A stretch of 63,985 nucleotides of DNA, counting the filler, from Stramenopiles sp. TOSAG23-2 (lineage: Eukaryota), in assembly GCA_900128395.1 (NCBI GenBank). It is 3 parts of 3 records of this genome, joined end to end, with 100 filler letters (N's around TTAATTAATTAA, not from the genome) between each part and the next. Parts side by side here need not be neighbours in the genome. Positions count along the whole stretch, not along the records: positions 22,691 to 45,233 come from LT649510.1; 2 more parts are not named here. One strand, written 5' to 3'. Below, in pieces: positions 22,691-33,695 of this stretch (positions are counted from its first letter, which is position 1; every line of letters begins with the position of its first letter). The translations under genes and the position numbers were made by a program. Under the pieces are notes generated by a model, which saw only the letters and a list, made by a program, of their open reading frames with translations, was not told where the DNA came from and searched no databases.

Positions 22691-23547
22691 TTTCTCTGCT
22701 TCTTCCACTTTTACTTTTTCATCCTCTTCCATTTGTTCTTTTTTTTAGTTTTTCAACACGTTTCTTCTCTGCTTCTTCCGCTTCAATAATTTCTTCTTCT
22801 TTTATGTAGTTTGTATTGACATTTTCAATTGGGACACTTTGATTTTCATGCATTATTTTTTTTTCCGGCTTAACACTTTCTTTCTCCTGTACTATTTTTG
22901 TCACATCTTTCTCTTTGTCCTTTTCTACGACAACAATTGTTTTTTCCTCTTCTTGTATATTGTTTGTCTCCCCCACTTTTGTTAGTCTTGCTTTGATGTT
23001 TTCTTCAGTAGCTTCGTGCTTTATCTTATTATTATTGTTAATATTATCGTCACTTTCTACTACTATTTTTTGTTCTTCTATCGATGATTTATCATCTGCA
23101 ACTGTAGTAGTTATTTTCTTTTCTTTGCTCAAATCTGCTTTAGACGTTTCGTTAATAATTGTATTTTCCACAATTTTCTCATCAGATACTATTATTGAAC
23201 CTCCCAAGTTCTTTTCGTTTACAACTGTAGCTATTCTTTTCTTTCCTTTTTTTCCCTCCTCATCTTCTTCCTCGTTTTTGTCGTCTTTTCCTTTTTCATG
23301 ATCAGGGTTTACTTCATAATCAAATTCTTGTTCGGATAATGAAGCATCGATATTTAAATCACTTTCAGATAATGAATCGTATTCAATTTTGATTTTCTCT
23401 GTCGAATGATGTATATATTTCCTGTATACAACAATGGAGAATGTATCTATCTATATCTATATATAGCTATTATAATTAGTTATATGTATCATGTGTACAA
23501 ACATATGCATACATATGGATGATCAGTTGCATCAGTTGATCCTTCAT
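22691..23547 (-). CDS. Partial Lys/Glu-rich low-complexity protein running into the gap; probable intron 23422-23512
   Basis: Frame open from 23421 (KYIHHSTEKIKIEYDSLSES...) through the 162-aa ORF; a GTATGC...CAG intron joins it to ATG 23547; an apparent frameshift at the A-run near 22745 continues EQMEEDEKVKVEEAEK. Confidence 0.55.
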
Positions 23548-24032
23548 GATTTTTATATCAATAGTGATAGATGTTACCAGGTAGTATACAATATAATAAA
23601 TCGTGCTCTACTGCTTTTTTATGACAAATTTAAATTTTGGCAAAGTGAACTAAAACATATATAAGACATCTTCCTTAATTATATAATAGATAATAATACT
23701 AATAATGTATTTTAAAAATTATATAATAAGGAACACTTGGAAAATATGACGGAACGCAACAATAGCACAATAGGATAACAGAGTATTAATACTACTAAAT
23801 ACTTGTATCTAAATCCCAAAGGTGGAAAAGCCTCTCGAAAGTACCACAGGTATAAAACATACTTGTGCACTTGTTGTACAATGCAACCAATATCTTTTTT
23901 CTTAATTAATTAAATTAATAATTGCAATTCAATAATAAAAAAAGGATGGTTCAAATCTAAGTTAGCACGTTATAATAATTTTACTTCTTCCCGTGGTAAA
24001 TAATATGCTCAATACTCAATCACAAGAATAAT

Positions 24033-24674
24033 ATGCTAATTGAATATAAATATACACTGTCAGTATTCCAGAACAATAACAACGGTAATAATCACCACAT
24101 GTTACATGTAAATCGTGGCTATACAAGTGATACCACTCATATGGCTATTCATCATTCGCAACAACACCATAGAGAAATCCAACCACAATATCATCATCGA
24201 TACGAATCTCACCAACCTATAGTAAATTTCAATGCGCATTTAAATGATCATCGACATCATATGTATCATCAACCGGTGACACATCATAGGCAATTACATC
24301 ATCACCAATCCTCTCTCATGATGCCAGCGCAACAATATCATCATAATGGTTATCATCAGACAACTAATCAGCATCGTGTATTGGTTCCAATCACTGAGAA
24401 TCACGGCTATTATCACCCGCAGCAGCAGCAGCAGCAACAACAACAACAGTATCTTGAACAGCCTCATAGTCCTGAATGGTCACCCGTTTCAACACCTCAA
24501 AAAGTATCACATGCATCCCCAATGCGACAACATGATAATACCGCTTTCGTAAATAATATCAGTGATGATAAAAATAATAATGAAGAAGACAAAGGAATTA
24601 ATTGTGAAACCATTCGAATCATGCTTGATGGCATGACAACATTGTATAAAAATGGATTACAAAACTATTATTAA
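24033..24674 (+). CDS. His/Gln-rich intrinsically disordered protein
   Basis: 213-aa ORF with many His residues, polyQ and an SPEWSP motif; no recognisable domain. Confidence 0.55.
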   Translation: MLIEYKYTLSVFQNNNNGNNHHMLHVNRGYTSDTTHMAIHHSQQHHREIQPQYHHRYESHQPIVNFNAHLNDHRHHMYHQPVTHHRQLHHHQSSLMMPAQQYHHNGYHQTTNQHRVLVPITENHGYYHPQQQQQQQQQQYLEQPHSPEWSPVSTPQKVSHASPMRQHDNTAFVNNISDDKNNNEEDKGINCETIRIMLDGMTTLYKNGLQNYY

Positions 24675-25002
24675 TATATATATATTTAGAGGGGTATTTA
24701 CGATAAAAGATATTATACGCTCGTATTTTTTTTTTTTATTAATTGTGAAACCATTCGAATCATGCTTGATGGCATGACAACATTGTATAAAAATGGATTA
24801 CAAAACTATTATTAATATATATATATTTAGAGGGGTATTTACGATAAAAGATATTATACGCTCGTATTTTTTTTTTTTATTTTTTTTTTTTACATTAATT
24901 TTTTTTTTATTGTTCAAAATCTTTGTTTACGTAAAAAATGATTATATAACATTTAAATATTTACATTAATAACTGTGTGCAAAAACAATTTACAGTGTAC
25001 TA

Positions 25003-25239
25003 TTACATACTGTCCATATTATGATCATTTTTCAAACAGAATTTTACATCTTTGACTTCTAATTCATCTGAGCCACGATGTTTTGCATATTGCATAGCAT
25101 CTACTGTAACTTTTTCAATAAAACTAGTTAAATATTTTAATAAAAATTCTTCACATTCATCTGTCATTCCTACTTTTACACCACCATTAATTTCCGTCAA
25201 TATTGCTTCCATATGTACCTTTGCAGATTGTTTTCCCAT
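25003..25239 (-). CDS. TAF12: TAF12-like histone fold (TFIID 20 kDa subunit core), possibly an N-terminally truncated fragment
   Basis: EEFLLKYLTSFIEKVTVDAMQYAKHRGSDELEVKDVKFCLK..NM matches the TAF12 pattern EE.LL..ADDFI..V...AC.LA.HR.S..LEVKDV..HLER.WNM; overlaps the upstream ORF by 43 nt. Confidence 0.75.
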   Translation of the reverse strand: MGKQSAKVHMEAILTEINGGVKVGMTDECEEFLLKYLTSFIEKVTVDAMQYAKHRGSDELEVKDVKFCLKNDHNMDSM

Positions 25240-27206
25240 GCTTTAAACAATTTCCCTTTTTGTATTTGTATTCGCGAAAACCATCTTCCATCCAGTTTTT
25301 CTGTATCCATTTGTATGCATTTATTTGCACCTCTTACATTTTTAAATTCAATTTGGCAAAATCCTTTACTGCGTTTGGAATCTTCAAAGGTTGGAAATTC
25401 AATACTTATTATTTGCCCACATTTCCCAAAAACTTTCTCCACACATTCTTTTGTCGTATCGTAATTTAATCCAAAAATCCTTACATTTGTTTCGTTTTTA
25501 GGAGCATCATCATGAATATATACTCGGCGTACGCATGTATAATGTTTCCCTATAGATTCGTGGTATATAGGGTCAGGCTCAAGACTCAATTCTCTTATCT
25601 TAGATTGAATCCAATCTCCTAATTCATATTTTTTTATTGTCTCTGCCCGGCCAGATTTTGTAGCCTTGGATAAGCCTTTTCTGTCTTTATGTTTCACTAG
25701 GTCTTGAATTTCATAAAAACAATCTTGATCTTTTATAGCATCGTCAATTATTGAATATCTTCGAAAGTAACATGTTTTCTGAAATGTACCATTAGAAAAA
25801 AAACCTTGTTGTTTTAGACCTCTCAAACTTTTTTCTAGCCATTCTATGTTGCCATTGAGGTATTTTAAAATTTCCTTTTTAATATCTTTTTCTACTAATA
25901 ATTCATTTAAACTATTTGCTTTTCCTGTTAATTTCGGAAATTTAAGAGACCAATCAATAGCAACCTTTGCCAAGTCCCGTAACTCGTATTTAACGCCTTC
26001 GAATTCAATCGAAGCAGTTGCATCGCCAATGTTGAGTTTTAACTTACCTTCCACAAAATATCCGTGTTCGAATCTACCTGATAATTCTTTTAATTTTATT
26101 TCGTGGTCTTTTAATTTTATATCATGGTCTTTTAGAAGCGTCGAAAACGTATAGTCATCGGGCCATTTATATGTACCAAGACCGTGATAATAATTGCGGC
26201 TAAACATTCCGCTATATCTTCGACCATCCTCAAATGTTTGTTCAACCATACCATGCATGGAAAAATTATTATAATCTTCAAAAATAAAATCGCCTTTGGA
26301 AACAAATTTGCCTGTTATAAAGTCCCTGTGCTCACTAAAATAATAACTATCACTATCCGTTACAGATAATGTACAATTTTCATATTGATCACAGGAATAC
26401 TTATCGATGGAAATCGAATTTTTATATCCTCTTGGCCTACCCCATATAAATGATGCTTCAAATTTAGCACATCGTTTCGGGATAGATATGGTACACTTAC
26501 CGTACATGGATGATTCTTTCCAATTTCCTTTAATAATTATATCGTCGTATGCCGTACCATCATGTATTTGTCGTATACTTTGTATTTGTCGTATGGGCCA
26601 TATACGTTGTATTTGTCGTATACCTTCTCCGTGGTATTTGCCATTCTTCCATTGACCATCATAACTCCAACCATCGTTGTCTGTAAGTTTGCCGTTGCCA
26701 TGCTCTTTTCCATTTTTAAAGTCCCCGACATAGGTTTCTTCTACACATTTTTTACTGCTGTCAAGAATATATGAATCATATTTTGTGCCTTTGCCGTGCG
26801 GTTTTCCATTTACAGTATCGCCAACATACTCCGTACGTGCGCGATTACTATGTATAATTTTTTGTTGTCCATCTTTAGTTTGAATTATTATTTTTTTAAT
26901 AGGTGTGGTTGACAGTCCCAATAATTGTGGGTGTTGAAGTATATTCTTATCCGTATATCGAATCTTCTTCATTTTCCTTGTATCATATTGTGTCTTACGT
27001 GGTTTATATTTTCCTCTGGTACCAGCATGTTTAATGGCGGAACGGTGTTTTCTCACCGCTTGTCTATTTTTATAGTTTTTGATTAAAAGATCTTCTTTGA
27101 GTTTTTTCAGTTCCTCCTGTAGCTTTCTTTTTTTGGCTCTACATTTTCGCTGCCTCACTCTATCTTGTTCCAGTTTCCTCTTTTTCTTTGTTTCAATTGT
27201 ATCCAT
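25197..27206 (-). CDS. MORN-repeat protein with N-terminal basic/coiled (bZIP-like) region and C-terminal RRM
   Basis: MORN repeats (YVGDFKNGKEHGNG, YDGQWKNGKYHGEG, YSGMFSRNYYHGLGTYKWPD); RRM with RNP2 VRIFGL and RNP1 KGFCQIEF at ~25230-25500. Confidence 0.75.
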   Translation of the reverse strand: MDTIETKKKRKLEQDRVRQRKCRAKKRKLQEELKKLKEDLLIKNYKNRQAVRKHRSAIKHAGTRGKYKPRKTQYDTRKMKKIRYTDKNILQHPQLLGLSTTPIKKIIIQTKDGQQKIIHSNRARTEYVGDTVNGKPHGKGTKYDSYILDSSKKCVEETYVGDFKNGKEHGNGKLTDNDGWSYDGQWKNGKYHGEGIRQIQRIWPIRQIQSIRQIHDGTAYDDIIIKGNWKESSMYGKCTISIPKRCAKFEASFIWGRPRGYKNSISIDKYSCDQYENCTLSVTDSDSYYFSEHRDFITGKFVSKGDFIFEDYNNFSMHGMVEQTFEDGRRYSGMFSRNYYHGLGTYKWPDDYTFSTLLKDHDIKLKDHEIKLKELSGRFEHGYFVEGKLKLNIGDATASIEFEGVKYELRDLAKVAIDWSLKFPKLTGKANSLNELLVEKDIKKEILKYLNGNIEWLEKSLRGLKQQGFFSNGTFQKTCYFRRYSIIDDAIKDQDCFYEIQDLVKHKDRKGLSKATKSGRAETIKKYELGDWIQSKIRELSLEPDPIYHESIGKHYTCVRRVYIHDDAPKNETNVRIFGLNYDTTKECVEKVFGKCGQIISIEFPTFEDSKRSKGFCQIEFKNVRGANKCIQMDTEKLDGRWFSRIQIQKGKLFKAWENNLQRYIWKQY

Positions 27207-28229
27207 ACCTTTTTATATGAAATATATATTGATTGATTTGTAAATGCTATATGTATATATTGATTATTGCCATTTATACATACATAATAACAATAAATAA
27301 TCTTTAATTATTAGTACTTATGTATATATAGCGCATTATTGTGCTATTACCAGATTAGCTACAGTACCACAGTACCTGTGGTGAATAAGTTAACACAGGA
27401 CAGCCAGGACAGCGGATAAATGCAAGAAGTGTTTTGACGTTCATTATACTGTATGCTGTGGCATCGTATTCTACAGACAGGCCTAGATATTAATAGTTAA
27501 TAGTAGTAATAGCTAGCATCGTCGTATATCAGCAGGGGATATTTACCTGTTAATGTTAATATCTAGAGTTAATACTGTAATAAAATTTTGATTATCTCCG
27601 CACCCTTCGGTGAAAATCAATTTTCAGCGTGTAAATCAGTTTTTCTTTCCCATCCTTACAGGCGAATACCAGCTACTAAAAGTTTTCCCTTCACTATGTC
27701 TATGGTAACACTCTATTAGGCCGTCACAGCACTATTTTGTCCACATGCTATTACGCCGTCACAGCACTATTTTGACGACAATTTAATGTAACAATATTTA
27801 GGTAATTACCAAATTGCTGCTTGAGGAAATTTTGATAGGAAATTAGACTAATAAATGGTTTTTTTTGTGACACATGTTAGTTATTTTCTCTACCATACAC
27901 ACAGGTGGTACTTGTAACCCTTTTATACTTAAAATCACTTTTCCTATATGCTTAGACTAGTGTTTTAATTCTAATAATCTTTATCCACCCTTTGATGTGT
28001 ATACACACAGTTATATATTTTATACATATATAGATTTAAAGCTACAGAGTCTAATATAATAATTTATACTTTTTATACTATATTTATTTTTATAATAATT
28101 TATACTTTATATACTATATTTATTTTAATACTGTTTTCCTTAAATATTTATTTCTTCCAAGTCTCTTCTTTGTTATCTTGCTTCGTTAATACCCCTATAC
28201 ACACACATCAGGGCAGGGAATTTATTCGA

Positions 28230-29110
28230 ATGGGTAGAAAACCCCGCTATGCTATTCGCATAGTATATGGCAGATATATTTGGTGCATAATAATTATGTG
28301 GTGCGCAAAGTGTAATGCTGTGTGGATGCTATTTTTATAAATGCCCCAACATTCATGCTTTTAATTTCTTGTACTTTTGATGCTGTTGGCACAACTATAA
28401 GGCTTCATACTCATTTCCATACACTAGTATAACATCAAATGCATCATCAATATCCAATGCATCACCTCCTGTTAATGATGGTATCAAATAATGTTTTTGC
28501 GATGTCCATGTTGGTGTCAAAGTATTGTATGATTTGTGGATTTCAATTTCTATTGCATTTTTCCCAGTAACAATAATGTTTTTGCGATGTCCATGTTGGT
28601 GTCAAAGTATTGTATGATTTGTGGATTTCAATTTCTATTGCATTTTTCCCAGTAACATATACCCCAAGAGATTCCGGAAGCATTATTGCAGTACAATTTG
28701 TCCATTTTTTGCATTGAATCCAAACAGAACTTGCAACTGAATTTCGATGGATATATTTCAGGTATATCAAAATCAAAGCTGTTAAATTCTTCCGTCGGTA
28801 TATATCGTTTTATATTTCGTTTTTAATTCATCATCAAAATTATGTATCCACCAACAAATACAGGTACAGTTACATTGTAATCTTGTGCACTGTTTGCTGT
28901 TGTTGTTGTATCTTGCAAATTTCCACAATTGCATTTCTTTTTATCATAAATGTATGATACTACATTCACATTTACTTCAATTCCCTTGTCTGCTAAAATA
29001 TGGTAAACTTCTTGCGGGCACATCACAGTAACCCAAATCGCTGGAGGAGCATTCTGTTTCTTTTGCGGGGGCCAGCAAAATTTGTAGACAATATTCTGAT
29101 CATGTATCAA
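28230..29110 (-). pseudogene. Frameshifted Cys-rich relic, possibly transposase-derived (SWIM/CxC-like, KDZ/Zisupton-like)
   Basis: Pieces in alternating frames: KKKCNCG../KQCTRLQCNCTCICWWIH../KRYIPTEE..IYPSKFSCKFC../VYVTGKNAIEIEIHK; multiple stops. Family assignment is tentative. Confidence 0.3.
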
Positions 29111-29199
29111 ATATTGATACTGTATGTTTATAAATTATAAACCCATACCCTATTTTAGGAGCGTGGCTTATTAGACTATTTGTAGACAATATTCTGATC

Positions 29200-29703
29200 A
29201 TGTATCAAATATTGATACTGTATGTTTATAAACCCATACCCTATTTTAGATTCAATGCCATTCTTTTTTTGTACAAGTGCATTCCGAGCAGCTGTCGGGA
29301 GATGAAATTGAACAGTATTTTGACATCATATGAATTGAGATATAGACATTATGGACAAAGTTATCAAGAAAGGGGTTTCTATTCATGGAAAAGAATTGCA
29401 CATGGTAATCATTGTATGGCATATAGTAAGAAATATAACATGTGGCATCTATTGAATAGAAAAAAAGGAGAATATCAATTTGTAAAAAAGGTTGCAATCA
29501 ATCAATATGGAAACTGTGAATATATTTTGGAAAATTTAAATGGAATAATATATAAAACAGGTAAAGGTATTGTGATGAAAGAAATATACAATAATGGTGG
29601 TACTATAAAATATTTTAGTTGCAAAAGTTATGTTGATCAAAAATTGTATAAATGTTCTATCCAATGCCATGGCAGAAGGACCAATTCCTGCTATGGTACA
29701 TAA
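29200..29703 (+). CDS. Hypothetical protein, possibly a TE-derived fragment with a C-terminal Cys/His cluster
   Basis: 167-aa ORF; KYFSCKSY..YKCSIQCHGRR; lies between a pseudogene and a MITE. Confidence 0.35.
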   Translation: MYQILILYVYKPIPYFRFNAILFLYKCIPSSCREMKLNSILTSYELRYRHYGQSYQERGFYSWKRIAHGNHCMAYSKKYNMWHLLNRKKGEYQFVKKVAINQYGNCEYILENLNGIIYKTGKGIVMKEIYNNGGTIKYFSCKSYVDQKLYKCSIQCHGRRTNSCYGT

Positions 29704-29807
29704 CAACATAGCGGAAATGGTTGATGAAAATGGCCACAATGCTGTGTAGTGATAATTCATTTTCATGTTCACATTAGGTCATCATCCCCCTCAACACAGC
29801 AGGCAGA

Positions 29808-30681
29808 GTGTAGTGCAGCGGAATCCTGAAAAATATCCTTAATCCCCAAGCTCACTTGGGGATGGGTGGTCCATCCCCAAGCAAAATCCCCAAGGTACTT
29901 GTTGTAGTGTTAGTGTGTTATAATTACCTATATATCTATATTACCTGACTTTTATCCGTAATGCTATTACTATGCTATTTGAAAATGGTACATCTACACA
30001 TACATACGTATAAAACATGTATGTAAACAATGTTTACATCAATACAACGCATCACGTATCATATTTAGATACATACAAATATGTTTGAATGATTGTACTA
30101 TGCTATTTGAAAATGGTACATCTACACATACATACGTATAAAACATGTATGTAAACAATGTTTACATCAATACAACGCATCACGTATCATATTTAGATAC
30201 ATACAAATATGTTTGAATGATTGTTTTGTGTAACGTATGTATGATTAATTAAATGTGTACTCACTTTTGACAAATACAATTAGTATATAAGTAGCATTAT
30301 GATGTTAGGATCAGAATAGCATTGTAAATCATGTATATTGAGTTTGCTACTTTTAGGTTTATAAAAAGGTAAAGTATGCAATTCAAACATTACAATATTC
30401 CAAAATAGGTTTGTATGTATCTAAATAATATACGTGATGCGTTGTATTGATGTAAACATTGTTTACATACATGTTTTATACGTATGTATGTGTAGATGTA
30501 CCATTTTCAAATAGCATAGTAATAGCATTACGGATAAAAGTCAGGTAATATAGATATATAGGTAATTATAACACACTAACACTACAACAAGTACCTTGGG
30601 GATTTTGCTTGGGGATGGACCACCCATCCCCAAGTGAGCTTGGGGATTAAGGATATTTTTCAGGATTCCGCTGCACTACAC
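29808..30681. mobile_element. Non-autonomous foldback/MULE-like MITE with ~270-bp terminal inverted repeats
   Basis: 29808-30079 is the near-perfect reverse complement of 30410-30681 (GTGTAGTGCAGCGG...CCGCTGCACTACAC); flanked by direct repeat AGCAGGCAG (29798-29806 and 30682-30690); four ATCCCCAAG motifs per arm; no ORF inside. Confidence 0.8.
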
Positions 30682-30902
30682 AGCAGGCAGTAATGTGATC
30701 GTTATTTTTACATACTACTAGCACACACTACTACATATATTTTTTATTATTATTTTTGAAAAATCAACAACACACGCACACACCAATTCCACATTCCATA
30801 TATATATAATGTATGTATAAATATATCAACATTAAATTCATCAATTTACAAATCAAAACAAACAGCCCACCCCAACCCACCACAAGAAGAACATATATCA
30901 AC

Positions 30903-31262
30903 ATGAAAAGAACCAATACCAAAGGATACAAAGATAAGAAAAAAAAAGATGCGTTGGTGCAAGCAGAAATTGAAGAGTTAAGATTGAAACTTTTACAAAT
31001 GGAACAGCAACAAGAGCAAGATAAGGAAAGCATTCAAAAATTAACGGAAGACAATCATCGATATAAAGAAACCATTGACAAGTTTGAACATGAGAAAATC
31101 AATCAACCAAAGCAACGAATGTCACCAAGCCCGATACGTGAAAAAATTATTGAATCAAGATTAAGTGCATGGGCAGCAACAAAAATTCAAGCAGCTTATC
31201 GCTCACGGCTTGGGAAAAGATTGTGTAATAAATGGTTGATATGTAAATTTTTCCTCAAATAA
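30903..31262 (+). CDS. Small coiled-coil protein with IQ calmodulin-binding motif
   Basis: Coiled coil EIEELRLKLLQME; AATKIQAAYRSRLGKR fits IQxxxRxxxxR. Confidence 0.6.
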   Translation: MKRTNTKGYKDKKKKDALVQAEIEELRLKLLQMEQQQEQDKESIQKLTEDNHRYKETIDKFEHEKINQPKQRMSPSPIREKIIESRLSAWAATKIQAAYRSRLGKRLCNKWLICKFFLK

Positions 31263-31499
31263 TTCTTTTTGACTAAAACGTGTCGATACCACAGATGTTT
31301 GTATTAAATACATATAAAATATAATACCAAAAAGAACAAAACGATTCATTTCTTTTCTTAATTCATATAACATTTTTGCATTTTCTACACGTAAATGCAA
31401 TAGATCAAAATGTACCCATCGTGATTCAAACTCTAACCATTGTTCTGATGGACCTTCCTCCACATCTTTTTTCGATTTTTTCTTTTTCTTCGATTGCAT
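31203..31499 (-). CDS. Hypothetical protein or fragment (basic N-terminus, hydrophobic segment)
   Basis: 98-aa ORF overlapping the 3' end of the IQ-motif ORF convergently. Confidence 0.3.
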   Translation of the reverse strand: MQSKKKKKSKKDVEEGPSEQWLEFESRWVHFDLLHLRVENAKMLYELRKEMNRFVLFGIIFYMYLIQTSVVSTRFSQKELFEEKFTYQPFITQSFPKP

Positions 31500-32024
31500 C
31501 GTTTCTTTGTTGTTCTATTGTTTGGGAGAATGAATGTATTGTATTGTATTGATTATATATTATTTGCACTATTTGATCCATGTATATCTCTTGTTTACAT
31601 TTTATATTATAAACTATGTTATAAAGCGATATATATGTGTCCAAATATATAATAATGTGCTTACCGGTGCATGAAGGCACGAAGATCTTTTTTACTACTG
31701 GTACTGTGTACTGTGCAGGCTATATCTGGCTATCTCCTAATCTATAATGCTGTGTCTATGCTATGGAGATAGCCGGTATTTTATTATTCTCGTGTGCTTT
31801 TTTAGTTCTTTGAAAATCGTTATATATAAAAATAGATAGCTACCACAGGTACTGTATAATATTGGTGTAATTGGGTCATCATCACACACATTATTGTGTA
31901 TGCAACACGCACAAGTAATAATAATAAAAATACTGTATTGAAAAACAAGAACCAAGTTCATCTTCACAAATACGAAGAAAGAACAATTGTTAATATATAT
32001 ATATGTACATATATAAAACAAACG

Positions 32025-32342
32025 ATGTTCTCAAAAAAATCGAAATTATATAGACAATCCGCATTTACGGATTTAAACCAAGCATATGAAAATAATAATA
32101 ATAATGTATCATTTGGTGGTACTAATACATCCAATTATTATAATAATAACGACAATGCTACTACTGCATATGTTGTGAATGAAGATTTATATGTAGAAGT
32201 TAGCGATAAGGAACAAGAATTTGATAATTTTGATAATAATAACAATAATAATAATAAAAACAATATATTTAAACCCTCACACGATAAATTGGATCGTAGG
32301 CCATACTGTGACCATTGTAAATATATTCTACCAATAGCATAG
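32025..32342 (+). CDS. Asn-rich hypothetical protein, possibly a truncated N-terminus
   Basis: ATG after an A-rich leader (MFSKKSKLYRQ..), with polyN tracts typical of this genome's genes. Confidence 0.45.
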   Translation: MFSKKSKLYRQSAFTDLNQAYENNNNNVSFGGTNTSNYYNNNDNATTAYVVNEDLYVEVSDKEQEFDNFDNNNNNNNKNNIFKPSHDKLDRRPYCDHCKYILPIA

Positions 32343-32775
32343 ACACAGAGGGGGTGTATTTTCAATTTGGCATTTGGAACAAACTCACCGAGGATGAAAG
32401 TAGTACTAGTACAACACTTATTAGGGTAAACCCAACTTTTATTAATACTATCAAACTCAGCCAGCCATCCAGATTTTGATGTATATTTTTTCTCCTATAG
32501 TCACCGCCCAGACACACCTTGAATACGGTATATGATATAGCAGGTACATAGCATTGTCTACAGCAAAAGATATAGAATAGTTTCAGCTATCTTGATGAAA
32601 AATAAAAAGATTTCATCTATCAAAATAATAAATGCAAATAGATATATACACGCATACAAGACAAAAAAGGAGGAAAATATATAATATAACCAGTAGTTCG
32701 TTTTCAAATCATTCATTCTTTTCAATTATCATATTATTATTCTATTTAAAAATATATATAAACAAAAAAAAAATC

Positions 32776-33525
32776 ATGTTTAAATCATCAATATTAGTTG
32801 TTGCAATTGTTGCACTTGCTTCTTCTGGTAGTGTACAAGCTGATGATGCACATCCAACATTACCAGTTATGTGGACAAGTATGGTCAACGAAATGGACGT
32901 CGGGTATGTGAAAGAATCATACACAATGGTATACAGACCTACACCAGAAAATCCATCTGGTAAATGGACGAACTACACCGATGGCTCTTGCCAAAGATTA
33001 ATTTATGATGCCGGACTTGGTAAAAGCAATTTGCGCTTTTTACTTGGTTGTGATGCTGTTGATTGTTGCAAAGAGACACAAACTGGAAATCACATTGAAT
33101 ATCAAATTCCTAATGTGCATCCAGCAACAGCTTCTCCAGTAAAATTCATGGGGAAAGAAAAAATCAGCCAATACGTGCAAGGTAAGGGAACAACTACAAC
33201 TGTATGTGATACATTCGTATGGAAATTTGGACCAGAAACATTTACTGCTTACACAACAACAACTGCATCAAACGCAACACAATTGCATCGTTGGGTTGTT
33301 AACGTCGAAGGAAAAAATTTTACAAATGATTATTTCCAATATACCGCTGTACCAGAATCGGAGGCAAAAGAATTCTCAAGAACATTTGACGTTCCAGATA
33401 TTTGCAACCATCCAAACACTTTATGGTGCAATAAAGCATTTGAACAAGGAAAATTAAGTCCAAGAAACTATGCGTTTGTAAGACAAGGATTGGACAGTCA
33501 TCATAAAATCGCAGGATTGAATTAA
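32776..33525 (+). CDS. Secreted ependymin-related (EPDR-like) protein
   Basis: Signal peptide MFKSSILVVAIVALA; P.LP.MW start, conserved Cys (DCC), late FDVPDIC motif resembling the ependymin FxxPxxC. Confidence 0.6.
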   Translation: MFKSSILVVAIVALASSGSVQADDAHPTLPVMWTSMVNEMDVGYVKESYTMVYRPTPENPSGKWTNYTDGSCQRLIYDAGLGKSNLRFLLGCDAVDCCKETQTGNHIEYQIPNVHPATASPVKFMGKEKISQYVQGKGTTTTVCDTFVWKFGPETFTAYTTTTASNATQLHRWVVNVEGKNFTNDYFQYTAVPESEAKEFSRTFDVPDICNHPNTLWCNKAFEQGKLSPRNYAFVRQGLDSHHKIAGLN

Positions 33526-33664
33526 AATTGAAAATAATTTGGCCACACATCTCTTTTTTTTTTTGTAGATATACATATTGTATAATACAGTATATATCAG
33601 ACTGTAAGAGGAGCTAGCTATATGTTGAGGTGGTCATTAATCAATCGTTTCATATACATGTATA

Positions 33665-33695
<31 letters not shown>

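Noticed and set aside
27720..27775. 20-bp direct repeat GCCGTCACAGCACTATTTTG and a nearby hairpin at ~27583-27625
   Set aside because: Only two copies; no recognisable RNA family or element boundary.
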